Shown: piece after piece, positions 36,408-49,478 of the stretch
Position numbering within the stretch: the first letter of the stretch is position 1
Layout: each line of letters opens with the position of its first letter
NCBI RefSeq assembly: GCF_963921235.1
Contig: NC_086108.1
Location: 11,222,001-11,286,000 of the forward strand
DNA length: 64,000 nt
DNA from: Mobula hypostoma
Taxonomy: Eukaryota
Direction of reading: 5' to 3'
Position numbers and translations under genes: made by a program
The notes under the pieces: model-generated
Seen by the model: the letters and a program-made list of their open reading frames with translations, nothing else
What the model was told of the DNA's origin: nothing
Database searches by the model: none

Positions 36408-36770
36408 GGCCACAGTCACCAGTCCGTTCGGTGCTGAGGCGAGTGAAGCCGGACCAGGAGCCTCATGGTTGAAGGCCACGGTCACGAGTCCGTTCGGTGC
36501 TGAGGCGAGTGAAGCCGGGCCAGGAGCCTCATGGTTGAAGGCCACGGTCACGAGTCCGTTCGGTGCTGAGGCGAGTGAAGCCGGGCCAGGAGCCTCATGG
36601 TTGAAGGCCACGGTCACGAGTCCGTTCGGTGCTGAGGCGAGTGAAGCCGGGCCAGGAGCCTCATGGTTGAAGGCCACGGTCACGAGTCCGTTCGGTGCTG
36701 AGGCGAGTGAAGCCGGACCAGGAGCCTCATGGTTGAAGGCCACAGTCACGAGTCCGTTGAGCGCTGAGGC
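36408..36770 (+). repeat. 66-bp tandem repeat, about 5.5 copies, inside a LINE-tail element
   Basis: agtccgttcggtgctgagg at 36421, 36487 and onward; gives a 22-aa repeat in the ORF track. Confidence 0.93.
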
Positions 36771-36779
36771 AGCAAAGCA

Positions 36780-37050
36780 TTGAAACATTGAAATACAGTG
36801 AAATACATCATTTGCACCAACAATCAGCATGGCCTGAGGCTGTGGCTGGGTTAGCCTGCAAGCGTCTCCATGTTTCTGGTGCCAGCATCGTGTGCCCCTA
36901 GCACGTACGTCCTTGAAATGTGGGAGGAAACTGGAGCACCCAGAGGAATCCTATGCGGTCACAGAGAGAATGTAAAATCTCTTTACAGAGAGCAGCGGGA
37001 ATTGAACCTGGGTCATTGGTGCTGTGAAACATAACGCTAACCAGCACATT
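36780..37050 (-). mobile_element. tRNA-derived SINE (V-SINE-like)
   Basis: gtgggaggaaactggagcacccagaggaa; gggaattgaacctgggtc. Confidence 0.7.
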
Positions 37051-37504
37051 AATGGAAATTGATTAGAAGAAATCTCCACTGTCAACACTGCAAATGGAAA
37101 GTGAAGCGAGGACTTGGTATTAAGATCAATTCTGTGAGCTAATTACAGATTTCTCCCACTGAATCGGGGAAGGATGTCAATGCCTGTGATTTCTCCGTGA
37201 ATGCAGGACTGTAAATGGCTGAAACAGCATTCTGATGCTGCAGTAACGCTGCCAGACCTTCACAAGCGAATTCCCTCTGGAATGAATTATCCTGAAAGCT
37301 CTTTGTGATGGCCTCAGACACAAGGTGGAGCCTCAGCTCTTTGTGTAGGCCGATCCTGCACACAGATATCCTATTGTTAGTGCAGGCCCGGTGTCTGTTA
37401 CAGAGCCAGCCCGGCCTCAGCCTGACTTGACGGTTTTGTGGGGCGGTGACAGCTGAGATCAGGCGTGGTGTCTGCACCTAACAGGCTCCTGATCCAGCAC
37501 AGAT

Positions 37505-37790
37505 AGTCGCACAGTAGCGTAGTGGTTAGCACAACGCTTTACAGGACTCGTGACCTGGTTCATTTCTGACCGCTGCCTGTAACAAGTTTGTACATTCATC
37601 CTGTGACCACGTAGGTTTCCTCCGGGTGCTCCAGTCTCCTCCGACATTCCAAATACTCACTGGTTGGTAAGTTAATTGTTCATTGAAAGTTGCCCTGTGA
37701 TTAGGCTGGGATTAAACTGGGGATGGCTGAGTGGTGTGGCTCCAAGAGCCGGAAGGGTGTATTCCGCGCTGTATCCCAATAAATAAATAA
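37505..37790 (+). mobile_element. tRNA-derived SINE (V-SINE/HE1-like)
   Basis: gcacagtagcgtagtggttagcac; ggtttcctccgggtgctccag; (aata)n tail. Confidence 0.8.
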
Positions 37791-38469
37791 AAACACTGAG
37801 CAAATCCCACAACCTGTCGACTCACTTTCAAGGACTTAGGTTCTCAGTAAATTTTTACTGTTAATTGCACACTATGTTGTTTGTCAGTCTTTATTATGTA
37901 TAGTTTTTCATAATTTCTATTGTATTTCTTTACTTTCCTGTAAACGCCTGCAAGAAAATGAATCTCAGGTTAGCACACTTGAGACTTGGACTTTGGCGCA
38001 GAGTGACTCAAGCCTGTCAGACTGCTCCAGAGGACTCAGTGTCGGAAAGCCCATTCAGGACTCGATCATGCAGTTCTGGTCACCTCATTATAGGGAGGAT
38101 GTGGAAGCTTTGGAGAGGGTGCAGAGGAGATGTACCAGAGCAGTATGCTACAGTACACACTCGACTGTGCAACTTCTGGGCTTAGACATTCTGATTCTCC
38201 GGAGTACGGATGGCCAACGCAGCCCCTTTAAAGATCCAAGTTGGTTCCGCTAATTGGTGGCTATGTTTTGACACATTTAATATTGAAAGAACACCCGAAT
38301 TCGGGCTCAGTGCTCAATTGTCAGCTGAACTTTGGATTCTAGTCTAACATCTCGTCACGAACCCTGTCCTCGTCTCCAACTCATAATCGTCTCTCGATTC
38401 TAGTCACGGGGACTCCAGCACTGGTCCTAACCATCCTCGCCCAGGTCTCTCGTCACACGCTGCCTGCAT

Positions 38470-38690
38470 TAGAGAGGATAGTCTGACCGAGATAGGGTTT
38501 TCTCTTTGGAGTGATGGAGGGTGAGAGGTGACTTGATAGAGGTGTATAAGATGATAAGAAGCACAGATTGAGTGGATAGCCAGAGACTTTAACCCCAGAT
38601 GAAAATGGCTAATGTAAGGGGACATAATTTTAAGGTCATTGAAGACTACAGAGGGGATGTCAAAGATAAGTTGAAAATGCTGACAAAGGT
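38470..38690 (+). mobile_element. CR1 fragment
   Basis: gaggtgacttgatagaggtgtataagatgataaga. Confidence 0.75.
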
Positions 38691-39075
38691 GGACGTAGCG
38701 GGAGATACGATAGGGTGGAAGGTAGAGGGAGATACGTTAGGGTGGAGGTAGAGAGAGATACGATCAGGTGGGGGTAGAGGGAGATACATTAGGGTGGAGG
38801 TAGAGGCAGATACTTTAGGGTGGAGGTAGAGGGAGATACGATAGGGTGGAGGTACAGGAAGATACGATAGGTTGGAGGTAGAGCAGATACTTCAGGGTGG
38901 AGGTAGAGGGAGATATGATCGGGTGGAGGTAGAGGGAGATACGATAGGATGAAGGTAGAGGGAGATACGATAGGGTGGAGGTAGAGGGAGATACGATAGG
39001 GTGGAGATAGAGGGAGATACGTTAGGGTGGAGGTAGAGGGAGATACGATAGGGTGGAGGTAGAGGAAGATACGTG
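38690..39075 (+). repeat. ~26-bp minisatellite (gggtggaggtagagggagatacgata), about 14 copies, CR1-derived
   Basis: direct reading; unit resembles CR1 gtggtagaggcaga...aggg. Confidence 0.85.
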
Positions 39076-40289
39076 GAAACCTATGAAATCACGAGGGGGA
39101 ACGTACAAACTCCTTGCAAACAGTAGCGGGAATCGAACCCTTGTTGCCAGTACAATGAATCATTCTGCTAACTACTACACTGCATACTGAAGGGCTGAAG
39201 GGCCTGTACTGTGCTGTCGTATTCTCGGTTCCATTTTTATATTCCATGTTCGCTACAATGAAAGGCTGTGTCTGAGAAGCAAGTCAGCTGGCCAAGTCAC
39301 AGAAGAACACAAGACCGGCTGACCTCACAAACTGCCCTGTCACTTTATGTGATCTTGGCTGATCCGCCAGGCCACCTCTTCTCTTCCATTCCCTGTTCCC
39401 CATCACCAGAAGCTTTCTAACATCAATCCACAAGAATATGAGATATCAGTATCAGGCGTATCCCCTGAACCCGTCCCACCATCACCATCTTCCAGTGCGT
39501 ATCTACTGATGCCCCATTGTGGCCCGGTCTGTGATGGTGCTGCTGAGGGCAGTTCACAAAACAACTAAATGCTTTTGTTAATAACAGTTTTTCTGTTAAA
39601 AAAATATGGTTAACGATCACTGCAAACAATTAAGAGGCAACCGAAGGCAAGGCAGAGTGGAGTGTCATAGTGTGAGGGGGCGAGGCGAAGTTGGGACAAG
39701 GTCAAGGCATGATTAAGGTAAAGTCAAAGGTAGCAAAGCAGAGGAGAGGAAGATTCAAGGCCCACCCACCTAAACTGAGAAGAGGGCTTGATCAACCTAA
39801 GCACCGGGCTGATTTGGAAAGGTCTGGTTTGGGTTGAGACGTACTGGTAGGCGCCAGCCCCAGATTGTATCAATGTGACAGGGCCAGTCTTTGAGTGAGA
39901 ACGATCTGATGTCTGGACGATTTAAGTGCCAGGCCGAGTGGGTTGAAAAGGCAGGGTGTCGGGACCAGAAGCGGGGATTGGGATGGCTTTGCTCACTCCT
40001 CCATAACATTTACTCCACTCTGTGCTGAACTGTGCCCTGCTCCAGCTGCTCCAGGCTTCGCATTTGAGGGCTCACTCTTGCTCTGAATTGCATTTGCTTA
40101 CCTTTATTGTTTGCACGATTTGTATTCTTTTCTTTGCACGTTGCGTGTTTGATGGTCTTTTTTTTAATGGGTTCTATTTAGTTTCTTTGTTTTGCGGCTG
40201 CCTGTAAGGAGATGAATCTCAAGGTTGTATAATGTATACGTACTTCATAAAGAAATGTACTTTGAACTTTGAACTTAGAAATCACATGG

Positions 40290-40700
40290 ACTTCCAGAAA
40301 TTCAAGGACAGGAAGAGATTACAAGGATGTTGCTGGGCAGGATTGAATAGATTATCACCGTAAAAAATAAGGAAGGGTATAGATAGGGTCAGTGCAAGAG
40401 GCTTTTTCCACTGGATGAGACTAGAACTAGAGATCAGAGATGAAATGTTTAAGGGGAACCTGAGGGGGATCTTCCTCACTCAGAGGGTGGTGACAGTGTG
40501 GAATGAGCTTCCAGCACAAGTGGTGGATGTGGGTTTGAGGCAACGTTTAAGAGAAAGTTTGGATCGGTACATGGATGGTGGGGATATGGAGTGCAGTGGT
40601 CCGGGTACAGGTCGATGGGAGTAGGCAAAGTAACAGTACGGCAGGAGTAGATGGGCCGAAGGGCCTGATTCTGTGCCGGAGCTCTCTATGACTCTATGGT
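40290..40700 (+). mobile_element. CR1 3' fragment
   Basis: FKGNLRGIFLTQRVVTVWNELP. Confidence 0.85.
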
Positions 40701-40877
40701 TGTAATGCATTGTCTATGGTGAGTGCTTACATGAAGTGAGCAAACGTGGAAACCTTGCCATTGAGGTCGGAGTGGGTGATTCATAATCTGCTGCATGGAG
40801 GGAGGTTAGATTTATCCCGGCACCACACATGAAACGTTTGGAAGAACTCAGCAGGTCAGGCAGCATCTATGGGGAAA

Positions 40878-40915
40878 GAGCCGACGTTTCGGACCAAGAC
40901 CCTTCTTCAGGACTC
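40878..40915 (-). ncRNA. minimal type I hammerhead ribozyme motif (Penelope-type)
   Basis: gaguc CUGAAGA a-ggg-ucuugg-ucc GAAA CG UC ggcuc: stems I and II pair and the core is intact. Confidence 0.6.
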
Positions 40916-41012
40916 CTTCCCCTTCCCTTTCTCCTATTGTCCACTCTCCTCCCCATCAGATTCGTTAATCTCCAGTCCTTGACCTTTCCCCCCATCTGGC
41001 CTCTCCCCGCTT

Positions 41013-41597
41013 CGAGGCTTTATAAAGCACCGGTGAGATCTCACTTGGAGTATTGTGAGCAGTTTTGGGCCCCTTATGTTAAAAAGGATGTGCTGACACT
41101 GGAGGGGGTTCAAAGGAGGTTTGTGAAAACTATCCAGGATTAAGTGGCTTGTCATTAGAAGAGAGTTTAATGACTCTGGGCCTGTATTCACCAGAATTCA
41201 GAACAATGAGGGATGATTGAAACCTATCGAATGTTGAAAAGCCCTGATAGAGTGGATGTGGAGAGGGTGTTTCCTATGGTGGGAAAGTCTAAGTCCAGAG
41301 GACACAGCCTCAGAACTGAGGGTCATCCTTTTAGAATAGAGATGAGAAGGAAGTTCTTTGAGCAGAGAGTGGTGAATCTGTGGAATTCTTTGCCACAGGC
41401 AGCTGTGGAAGCCAAGAGTTTATGTATATTTAAGGCAGAGGTTGATTGATTCTTGATTGGTCAGAGCATGAAGGGACGTGGACAGAAGGCAGGAGATAGG
41501 AGCTGAGAGGGAAGATGGATCAGCCATGATGAAATGGTGGAGCAGACTCACTGGGCCAAATGGCCTAATTCCGTTCTTATATCTTATGGCCTTATGG
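41013..41597 (+). mobile_element. CR1 3' fragment nested in a Penelope-derived element (~40825-41750)
   Basis: [40 protein letters not shown]. Confidence 0.85.
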
Positions 41598-43254
41598 ACT
41601 TCCTTCTCAGTGCTGAAGAAGAGTCTCGGCCTGAAACGTCGACTGTTAACTCTTTTCCATAGATGCTACCTGACCTGCTGAGTTTCTCCAGCATTTTGTG
41701 TGAGTTGCTTTAGAATTCCTGCATCCACAGACTTTCTCGTATTTATGATTTATCCCAGAACCTGACTCACTGTATAAATGGGTCTTTTTGAGACACCCGG
41801 TTAATGGTTGTCTGATCAAAGTGGCGGGCTAAAGTGGCTTTGTTCACCAGTAGTGGAAGCTTGCTCCACGCCAGAGATGGAAGGAGTTGCCCTTGTTTGT
41901 GAGACGATTAACCTTGCAGTGTTGGGCAGCTTGTCAGAGTGCTGGCTTCACAAGGTAAGAAGCCTCTCTCTGCACTGTGTGATAACAATACACATAATCA
42001 ATGAGACAGAGAGGTTTTGTTCAATTGTTAAAGGCACATCTGATGTCAGGGCATGCAGAGAAACATCAATCACACAGGCAGGATGTGATGATTCGGATAC
42101 TTTTTAAAAATGGGATAAATTTGGAGCAGCTTCAGTCCTACAAACATCAACAGCCATTGCACCAGGAAGTGAAAGACTTGAATCAGAGATTTTAGCAACC
42201 CACAAATGCAAGGAAGATGGCGCCAGTGAAAAACTCAGCCAAAGGCTACATCTGCTAGACAGTTCAACTTCCTCAGTCAAACCTGATTCTCTGTGATTTA
42301 CATTTTGATGGTGTGTTTTTGGGCCGATTGAGCAATCTGGCACTCTTTGCTGTCTCGGAGGGAGTTCAATGAGGCTTTGAGTGGATTGTGTGTTCAGCGC
42401 TCCAAGATGTCTGTAGACTCCATTTCTCACCGATCTTTCTGATTAATATGTCAAGCAAGATTAAAATCAATGAGGCCAAGAGCTGAATGCGAGTGGGTGT
42501 TCAGCGCCATCTACCAGCATCTGACTGGCCTCCCTCCCTCTTGCTCCCTGTTGATGGAGGAAGGTGGCTGCATGTCTCTGACTCTCACTCGCTGCTCCTG
42601 AAGGAAGGTGTCTGCGTATAAATGGTCTCTCTCTCCCTCTCACTCGATGCTGCCGGAGGATGGTACCAGAGTCTTGGGTCTTGGGCAAGGTTTAATGGAT
42701 GCAGTTTGTGGATTGGACTCTGTAGTTCACGTTATGATGTGTTTCTGGTTTCTGGTCACTCACTTTTTTGTTGCTTTTCTGTGCGATTTTTATCGAGGTG
42801 GACCAGCTCTGCAGTCTACAGTCAATGATCAACACAGTGCTAGACTGAACTGAACTGAGCTGAACTGCACTGTCTCGATGACTTTGTGGTTTAATGTTTT
42901 ATATTCTGTGTTTTTCACTCATTTTGGTTGTTTGCGCAAATTGTTCTTTTCTTTTGCATGTTGGGGTTTAAATGTTTTTCTTTGAATGGTTTCCATGGTT
43001 TTTCTTTGTTTTGAGGAAGAAAAACGTCAGGGATGTACATACTTTGATAATAAATGTACTTTGAATCTTGGAACACAGGAGCCCTCTTGCAATCCTTTGT
43101 CATTTTACATGCTCAAACATTCCCTCAGTAAGTTCAGGCTACAGAGAGACAGAACTTTGTCCAGTTTCTGATCTGTGTTTCTCTCTCCAGGCAGTAGCAG
43201 TCTGTAGAGTCCATTCACAGCTGTACAATCCTCAATGACTGAGAATCTCTTGTC

Positions 43255-43420
43255 TTGTCCATACTGCACCAACCGCCGCCGATGAGCTATAAATGTGCAG
43301 GAGCAATGTGTGGTCAAGTACCTTGCTCAAGGACACAACACGTTGCCTTGGCTGAGGCTCGAACTCACGACCTTCAAATCACTAGTCCAACACCTTAACC
43401 ACTTGGCCACATGCCAACAG
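43255..43420 (-). mobile_element. tRNA-derived SINE 5' part
   Basis: minus strand tggcatgtggccaagtggttaagg (A box), gagttcgagcc (B box), gtgtccttgagcaagg. Confidence 0.7.
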
Positions 43421-43439
43421 TTGATGATGATGATGAGGC

Positions 43440-44345
43440 GTGTTGGAGTGAGGTAGGTCAATTGGTTGAGTAATGTTGCTCAACATCAGTAAGACCGAGA
43501 AGTTGATTGTGGACTTCAGGAACTGTAGCCAGGAGAACACGCACCAATCCCCATGAGTGATCAGCTCTGGAAAGGGTGAACAGTTTCATGTTTCTGGCAG
43601 TCAGTATCTCTGAGCCCAACATATTGATGCAACTACAAAGAAGGAACATGCATGGCTATATTTCATTGGGAATTTAAGACCTGGCATGGCACTGAAAACT
43701 CTGGCAAATTTCTATGGACTTACTGTGGTGAACCCTCCAAGTGGGCCACACCTTGTCATAGGGTTTGGAGGCTCGCCTGCCTCAATAACCTGGAGAGCTA
43801 TTCTGGCTGGAGTCAGGCCTTTATGCTTTGGCTCTTGGTAGGGTCACCCATGTCAAACAGGTCAAAGGGTAGAGGTCAGACTAAGAGTGGTCCACCGGTC
43901 CTTCCAGGTTTGGAGGTTCAGCTCGGGGCTAACAACCCTGACTGGTAAAAGTAAATTGTAACAGAGACAGTAATGAAGATGGAAGACCTTGATTGCCGCC
44001 CTAAATGTCAGCGGCGTGATGGTGAGCATTCTCACTGGTTGCATCACGATCTGGTATGGAGGCCCCAAAGCACAGGATCAGAAAACACCACAGAGGGTTG
44101 TAGTCTCAGCCAGCTCCATCATGGGCACTAGCCTCCGTAGCACCCAGGACATCTTCAAGGAGCAATGCCTCAAAAAGGCAGCATCCATCATTAAGGATCC
44201 CTATCAGCCAGGACATGCCCTCTTCTTATTGCTGCCATCAGGGAGGAGGTAGACAAGCCTGAAGGCACACATTCAATGATTCAGGAATAGCTTCTTCCCC
44301 TCTGCCATACAATTTTTGAACGGTCCATGAACCCATGAACACTGC
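43440..44345 (+). mobile_element. Rex1/Babar-like LINE fragment interrupted by an RTE-like short element (~43732-44020)
   Basis: SILTGCITIWYG...KKAASIIKDPYQPGHALFLLLPSGRR; tggtga at both insertion borders. Confidence 0.7.
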
Positions 44346-44689
44346 CTTACTTTTTGCACTCTTTTTGCAGAGATCTTCCACCACACCAGTGAATAAAGGA
44401 AAGGAGCTTGCTCTGTTGGTCAGCTGCTCATTACCTCTGCCTGGTGTTCCTCCTCCTTCTCCTTCTCCCATGGTCCACTCTCCTATTGGATTCCTTCCTC
44501 TCCAGCCTTTCACCTTTTCCACCTATCACCTCCCAGCTTCTTACTTCAACCACCCTCCCCCACCCACCTGGCTGCCATGATCACCTTTTAGCTTCCCACC
44601 TTCCCCTGCTGGCACACGACACGTCACGGCAAGAGTGCTGCTGTACCGTCGGAGAGGGATGGGGCATAGTCTGCAGAATCTACCAGTGT

Positions 44690-45240
44690 CCTGTGTACGA
44701 CTCCGGTAAGAGCCCGTTACACTCAGTACGGGTCTCCAGCATAAACCAGTTCATGGAGTTGGACATGGCAGTCCATGGCTGCCTCTCGTGCCAAGATGAT
44801 GCCACCCTTAGGGTGGAGGAGTAACACCTTATGTTTTGTCTGGGTAGCCTCCAAGCTGATGGCATGAATATCGATTTCTCCTTCCAGTAAAAAAAATCTC
44901 CCCCCCCCGCCCACCTTCCTCTATTCCCTACTCTGACTTTTTAACTTTTCTCACCTGTCTATCACCTCCCCCCGGTGTTCCTCTTCCCTCCCTTTCTCCC
45001 ATGGGCCACTTTCCTTTCCTATCAGATTTTTGCTTCTCCAGCCCTTTATCGTTCCCACCCATTTGGCTTCACCTATCACTTTCTATCTATCCTCCTTCCC
45101 CTTCTCCTACCTGCCATCTTCCCCCTTCCTTTCCAACCCTGAAGAAGGTTTTCAGCTTGAAACTTTGACTGTTGATTCATTTCCATAGATGCTGCCTGAC
45201 CTGCTGAGTTCCTCCAGCATTTTATGTGTGTTGGTCTATT
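44690..45240 (+). mobile_element. Penelope-like element 3' end (end of GIY-YIG domain plus pLTR)
   Basis: AVHGCLSCQDDATLRVEE...LGSLQADGMNIDFS, then the gatgctgcctgacctgctgag terminus. Confidence 0.8.
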
Positions 45241-45499
45241 GGGGATCCCAATGTGGAAAAGGGGCTGAACACACTGGGAGTGAATTGTTTGTAACATCAG
45301 TTTTGTACAATGGAAATAACTGATGAAGAGTTAGCTGCAGTCCCTTGCGGCATTGGGACTGGATGGAGCATGATTTGATCTAATGGAATTCCAAAGGGAA
45401 TGATTGGGAATAGCTGAGTCTGAATGATGTCCTTCCTCCCCATGGTAACTTTTTATCATTCTATTTTCCCTCTCATTTTCACTCCTGGAACAGCAATAT

Positions 45500-46040
45500 G
45501 AATTGTTATGCCAAAACATTTAATATGCCTACTTCCATTGACCTGCACTGAGACCTCAGCCTTCCATACCACTCCCTTCCATGTACCTATCCAAAATTCT
45601 GTTAAACATTGGAATCGAGCTTGTGTGCACCACTTGTGCTGGCAGCTCATTCCACACTCTCACCACCCTCTGACAGAAGTTTCCCTTTGTGTTCCCCTTA
45701 AACTTTTCACCTTTCGCCCTTAACCCATGACCTTCAGTTGTAGTCCCACCCAGCCTCAGTGGACAATCACACACAACACGCACACAGAGTGCTGGAGGAA
45801 CTCAGCAGACCAGGCAGCGTCTATGGTAAAGAGTAAGCAGTTGACATTTCGGGCCGAGACCTTTCATCAGGATTCAGTGGAAGAAGCCAGCTTGCATTTG
45901 CCCTGTCTGATAATTTTGTACACCTCTGTCAAATCTCCTCTCAATCTGCTACATTCCAAGGGTTAAAGCCCTAACCTATTTCAATCTTCCCTTGTAACTC
46001 AGGTCCTCCAGACCCGGCAGTGTCCTTGTAAGTTCTCCCC
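45500..46040 (-). mobile_element. CR1 fragment with a Penelope-derived piece inserted (~45765-45875)
   Basis: GHGLRAKGEKFKGNTKGNFCQRVVRVWNELP. Confidence 0.75.
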
Positions 46041-46439
46041 CGACTGCCAGTCACTCTCTGACACAGCTCCGCTGCTCTCTACATACTAATACAATCAGGA
46101 GAGACCTGATATTATTGGGGCTTCTCCAGAATCAGAGAATGACAGTGACTGAGGGGCTGTGTGCTCTATGGTTTGGAGTAGTAGAGGAGGAGTCACTGTG
46201 ACTGTCTAACACCGTGGGTGTACTACCCACTCAGGATGTTAGCCCTGAATGCTGTCAGCAGGATATGTAATGTAGGACAGCCCTAGAAACCTTCCGAGCC
46301 AATTCCTGAAAAGAATGCTTCTCACAGTGCTGGAAGCAACTCTGGGTAGAATGGTGGCAGTTACAACGTAACTGCTCTATAATATCTGTTGAAGCCTTTC
46401 CACTGCTCAGATGCTGACTGTGTGCTGGTCATCTGAGCA

Positions 46440-46630
46440 CTTGCTAACCATCTGACCATCTACTGGTCATTGAACTGTCTACTGGCCATCTCTCCGTCTG
46501 CTGGCCGTCTCTCCATCTACTGGCGATCTCTATGTCTGCTGGCCATTTGACCGTTTGCTGGCCATTTGACAGTCTACTGGCCATCTGACTGTCAGCTGAT
46601 CATCAGACCATCTGCTGGCCATCTCCGATG
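46440..46630 (+). repeat. degenerate ~20-bp tandem repeat (ccatctrctggccat)
   Basis: recurring ctggccatct. Confidence 0.6.
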
Positions 46631-46674
46631 TTCTGTTTTTGGTTTCACCTTTCAGAGCTTTAACATCTCTCCCA

Positions 46675-47280
46675 CTCCCTCTTTCTCTCTCTCACTGTCT
46701 TGCTTTCTCTCCCTCTCTCTTTTTCTCTCTCTATCTCTATCTTTCTCTCTTTTCCCTCTCTTTCTCTCTCTCTCATTCTCTCACTCTCTTTCTCTCCCTC
46801 TTCTCTTTCTTTCTTTCTTTTTCAATCTTTTTATTAGTTTCATAAAATATAAACATGACATAATGATAGTACAAAGTTATTGGGAATACATTGTTATATT
46901 TAACATGAGTAATTGTAAGACCAAATAGTACTTAATTGACAAAACTCCCAACCACATAGGATACCAATGAATAATACAGAACAGAAAAAATATCAGGACG
47001 AAAATCATGAAAAAAGAAAAAAAAAAGAAAAAAAAACCCTCAAAAAAAACTAATCTAAACAGAATTAATCAACTAAACTAAAAAAAAAAAGACCTGGGCT
47101 GTTTTAACATCGTAAAAAATGAGAGAAAAGAAAACCTTAGTGTCGACGACTTCATTCCTCTCAACCAACAGTACAGAGAAGTAAAATCTTCTCTTTCTCT
47201 CTGCCTCTCTCTCATTCTCTCTCTCTCTCTCTCATTCTCTCTCTCTCTCTCTCTCTCTTTCACTCATTCTCTCTCCCTGA
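46675..47280. repeat. (CT)-rich microsatellite split by an L1-like 3' end
   Basis: CT tracts at ~46675-46810 and ~47187-47280. Confidence 0.85.
46811..47186 (-). mobile_element. L1/Tx1-like 3' UTR fragment
   Basis: minus strand ends ctaataaaaagattgaaaaagaaagaaa; candidate TSD tcttctctttct at 46799-46810 and 47187-47198. Confidence 0.6.
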
Positions 47281-47954
47281 CTCCCTGGTTAATCTATGCA
47301 TGGTTCTGTAAACATTGCGGTCACCTGGGCAACTTTGGCTACATATTGTCGGTGATATTCTCTTTATCCCATCCACTCCTCCCTCCTTCCTCTCCACAAC
47401 TTAGAAGCAGCTCGTTTGCTCAGTGTTGATGGAGTGTCACTAACCTGTGACATTAAACTCGGTTCCTCTCCCCAGAGGTGATGCCTGAGTGTCTCTGGCG
47501 TTTTCTGCTTTTATTGAGAATTCTGAAAGCATTCACTAATCATTACAGTTATGCTGAGCAATTGTCCTAACAAGCGAAAGATGTGTCATGTTATCTTAGC
47601 TACTTTCTCCATCTTGTAGCGTGACAGCTAAGATCCTGACTGATCCTTCTCTGCAAACCTCTCCTTGGTATCTGTGCACACTACCTCCGTCTTTTGACTT
47701 ATTCTTGATGGCAAAGCACATATTCCCAGTGTCCTGCCCCCTAGAACTCTCCTCTTAAAGCCCTCCACCCAACCACGCCAATCCCACACTCAGTGGGTTA
47801 CTCACTTGACCCCATCTCTAGTCAAGATACGGGTGGCACTGGAGCCTTAAGTCCCACACAATGTGTTGACATTGGGGAGGGATCAAAGGAGGTTTCTTTA
47901 CTCACCCCAAAACTGAACTGATTTCACAACCTTGAGAAAATCTTCGGATGCTAG

Positions 47955-48640
47955 AAATGCTGGTGGAACACTAACAGGCCAGGCAGCATCTGTGGACAAG
48001 AGTAAACAGTTGACATTTGCCGAGACCCTTCATTAGGACTGGGAAAAAAATAATGAAGTTGGGTGGGGGGAAGGGGAGGAAAAAGTACAAGGTGGCAGGA
48101 GATAGGTGAAACCAGGAGAGGGAGAGGGGGTGAAGCAAAGAGCTGGGAAGTTGATTGGTGGAAGAGATACAGGGCTGGAGAAGGGGGTATCTGATAGGAG
48201 AAGTCAGAAGGCCATGGACGAAAGGGAAGGGGAGGAGCACCAGAGGGAGGTGATGGGCAGGAATGGAGATAAGGTGAGAGGGAGATGGGAATGGGGAATG
48301 GTGAGGGCCGGAGGGCTTGCATTACCGGAAGATGAGAAATCGATGTTCATGCCATCAGGTTGGAAGCTACCCAGACGAAACATAAGCTATTGCTCCTCAA
48401 ACCTGAGTGTGGCCTCATTGTGGAAGAGGCCATGGAATGACATGTCAGAACGGGAATGGGAATTAGAATTGAAGTGGGTGGCCACCAGAAACTCCTGATT
48501 TTTCTGATGGATGGAGAATAGGTCTCCAAATCTATGTCGGGTCTCACCAATATACAGGAGGCCACACCAGGAACACAGGATACAGTAGATGATCCCAACA
48601 GGCTAGCAGGTGAAGTGTTGCCTCACCTGGAAGGACCTAC
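47955..48640 (-). mobile_element. Penelope-like element (GIY-YIG fragment plus pLTR)
   Basis: minus strand IYCILCSWCGLLYIGETR; FRLGSFQPDGMNIDFS. Confidence 0.82.
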
Positions 48641-49229
48641 GGGTGCACTTTCAAGGACACTATGACTCATGCTGACAGTATTATTCATGTTTTGATTTAT
48701 TTTTGTATTTACACAGTTTTGCTTTTGCATATTGGTTGCTTGTCCACCTTTGTGTGCAGTTTTTCATTGACTCTGTTGTATTCATTTGGTTCCTTAAGGT
48801 TGTTATAGCCGGGGGGTAGTAATGGGGACAAGCTCCCACTACCTATTAAGTGTCCCCAATGGCGTGCGACTCAAATAGCCTCTGACAACCAAGTCCAGCT
48901 CCTGGCCTTCGTGTGCGGCTTAGCTACTGAGCCCAGTGGAACTGTTTCTACCGACAGGGGAAAGGGGCAAAGGCAGGTTACCAGCACCTTAAAGCCAGTC
49001 GCTTGGGGCACATGGAACTCATCAGGACTGGTTGGCAGCTCATCTAGGAGAAGGAAACTCTGATCTCAAACCTCCCTCCTGCCTTGTGGCTCCACCCACC
49101 CATGGGGAAAGCTTTGGGAGTAAACTCCGAGGGAAAATTCCAGAGCTGGAGTCCCTAAGACAGTCCTATGTTGAGTTCAATGCTGACTGGCAACTCCTGC
49201 GAGGCTGCTGGTGCCAAACTATATCGTTC

Positions 49230-49453
49230 TGTGGTAAACCATGTATATATGTTGTAACTGGGTTACCTGTCTGGACATGCCCCTCTGCTGACTGCCCCTG
49301 TGGCTCCTCCCACAGACCCCTGAATAAAGGTGATTGCGCCATTGCTCCTCCTCTCAGTCCAGGGCAGATACTCAACAGGGACGTGGACCATTTACTGTTA
49401 ATAAAAGCCTTTCAGTATTTACTCTACTTCCAGTCCTTTTCGATAGTGCATCA
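49230..49453 (+). repeat. 5' LTR (224 bp)
   Basis: tgtggtaaacc...gatagtgcatca; direct repeat of 54267-54498. Confidence 0.95.
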
Positions 49454-49454
49454 A

Positions 49455-49471
49455 TTTTAATAACAGTAAAT
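49455..49471 (+). promoter_or_regulatory. PBS position, complementary to own LTR rather than to a tRNA
   Basis: ttttaataacagtaaat pairs 16/17 with LTR atttactgttaataaaa (49390-49406); no TGG. Confidence 0.7.
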
Positions 49472-49478
49472 TTAAAGC

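Noticed and set aside
35973..36830. 285-aa minus-strand ORF
   Set aside because: Chance read-through of the 66-bp repeat, a LINE tail, a short RT piece and the insertion head.
41912..41960. Possible small exon (ttgcag...caag|gtaaga)
   Set aside because: Good donor but weak acceptor, no recognisable peptide and no partner exons.
48810..48865. Pseudoknot or HDV-like ribozyme at the head of the RTE-like repeat
   Set aside because: The pairing is not preserved in the second copy at ~28215-28270, and I could not fit the HDV core.
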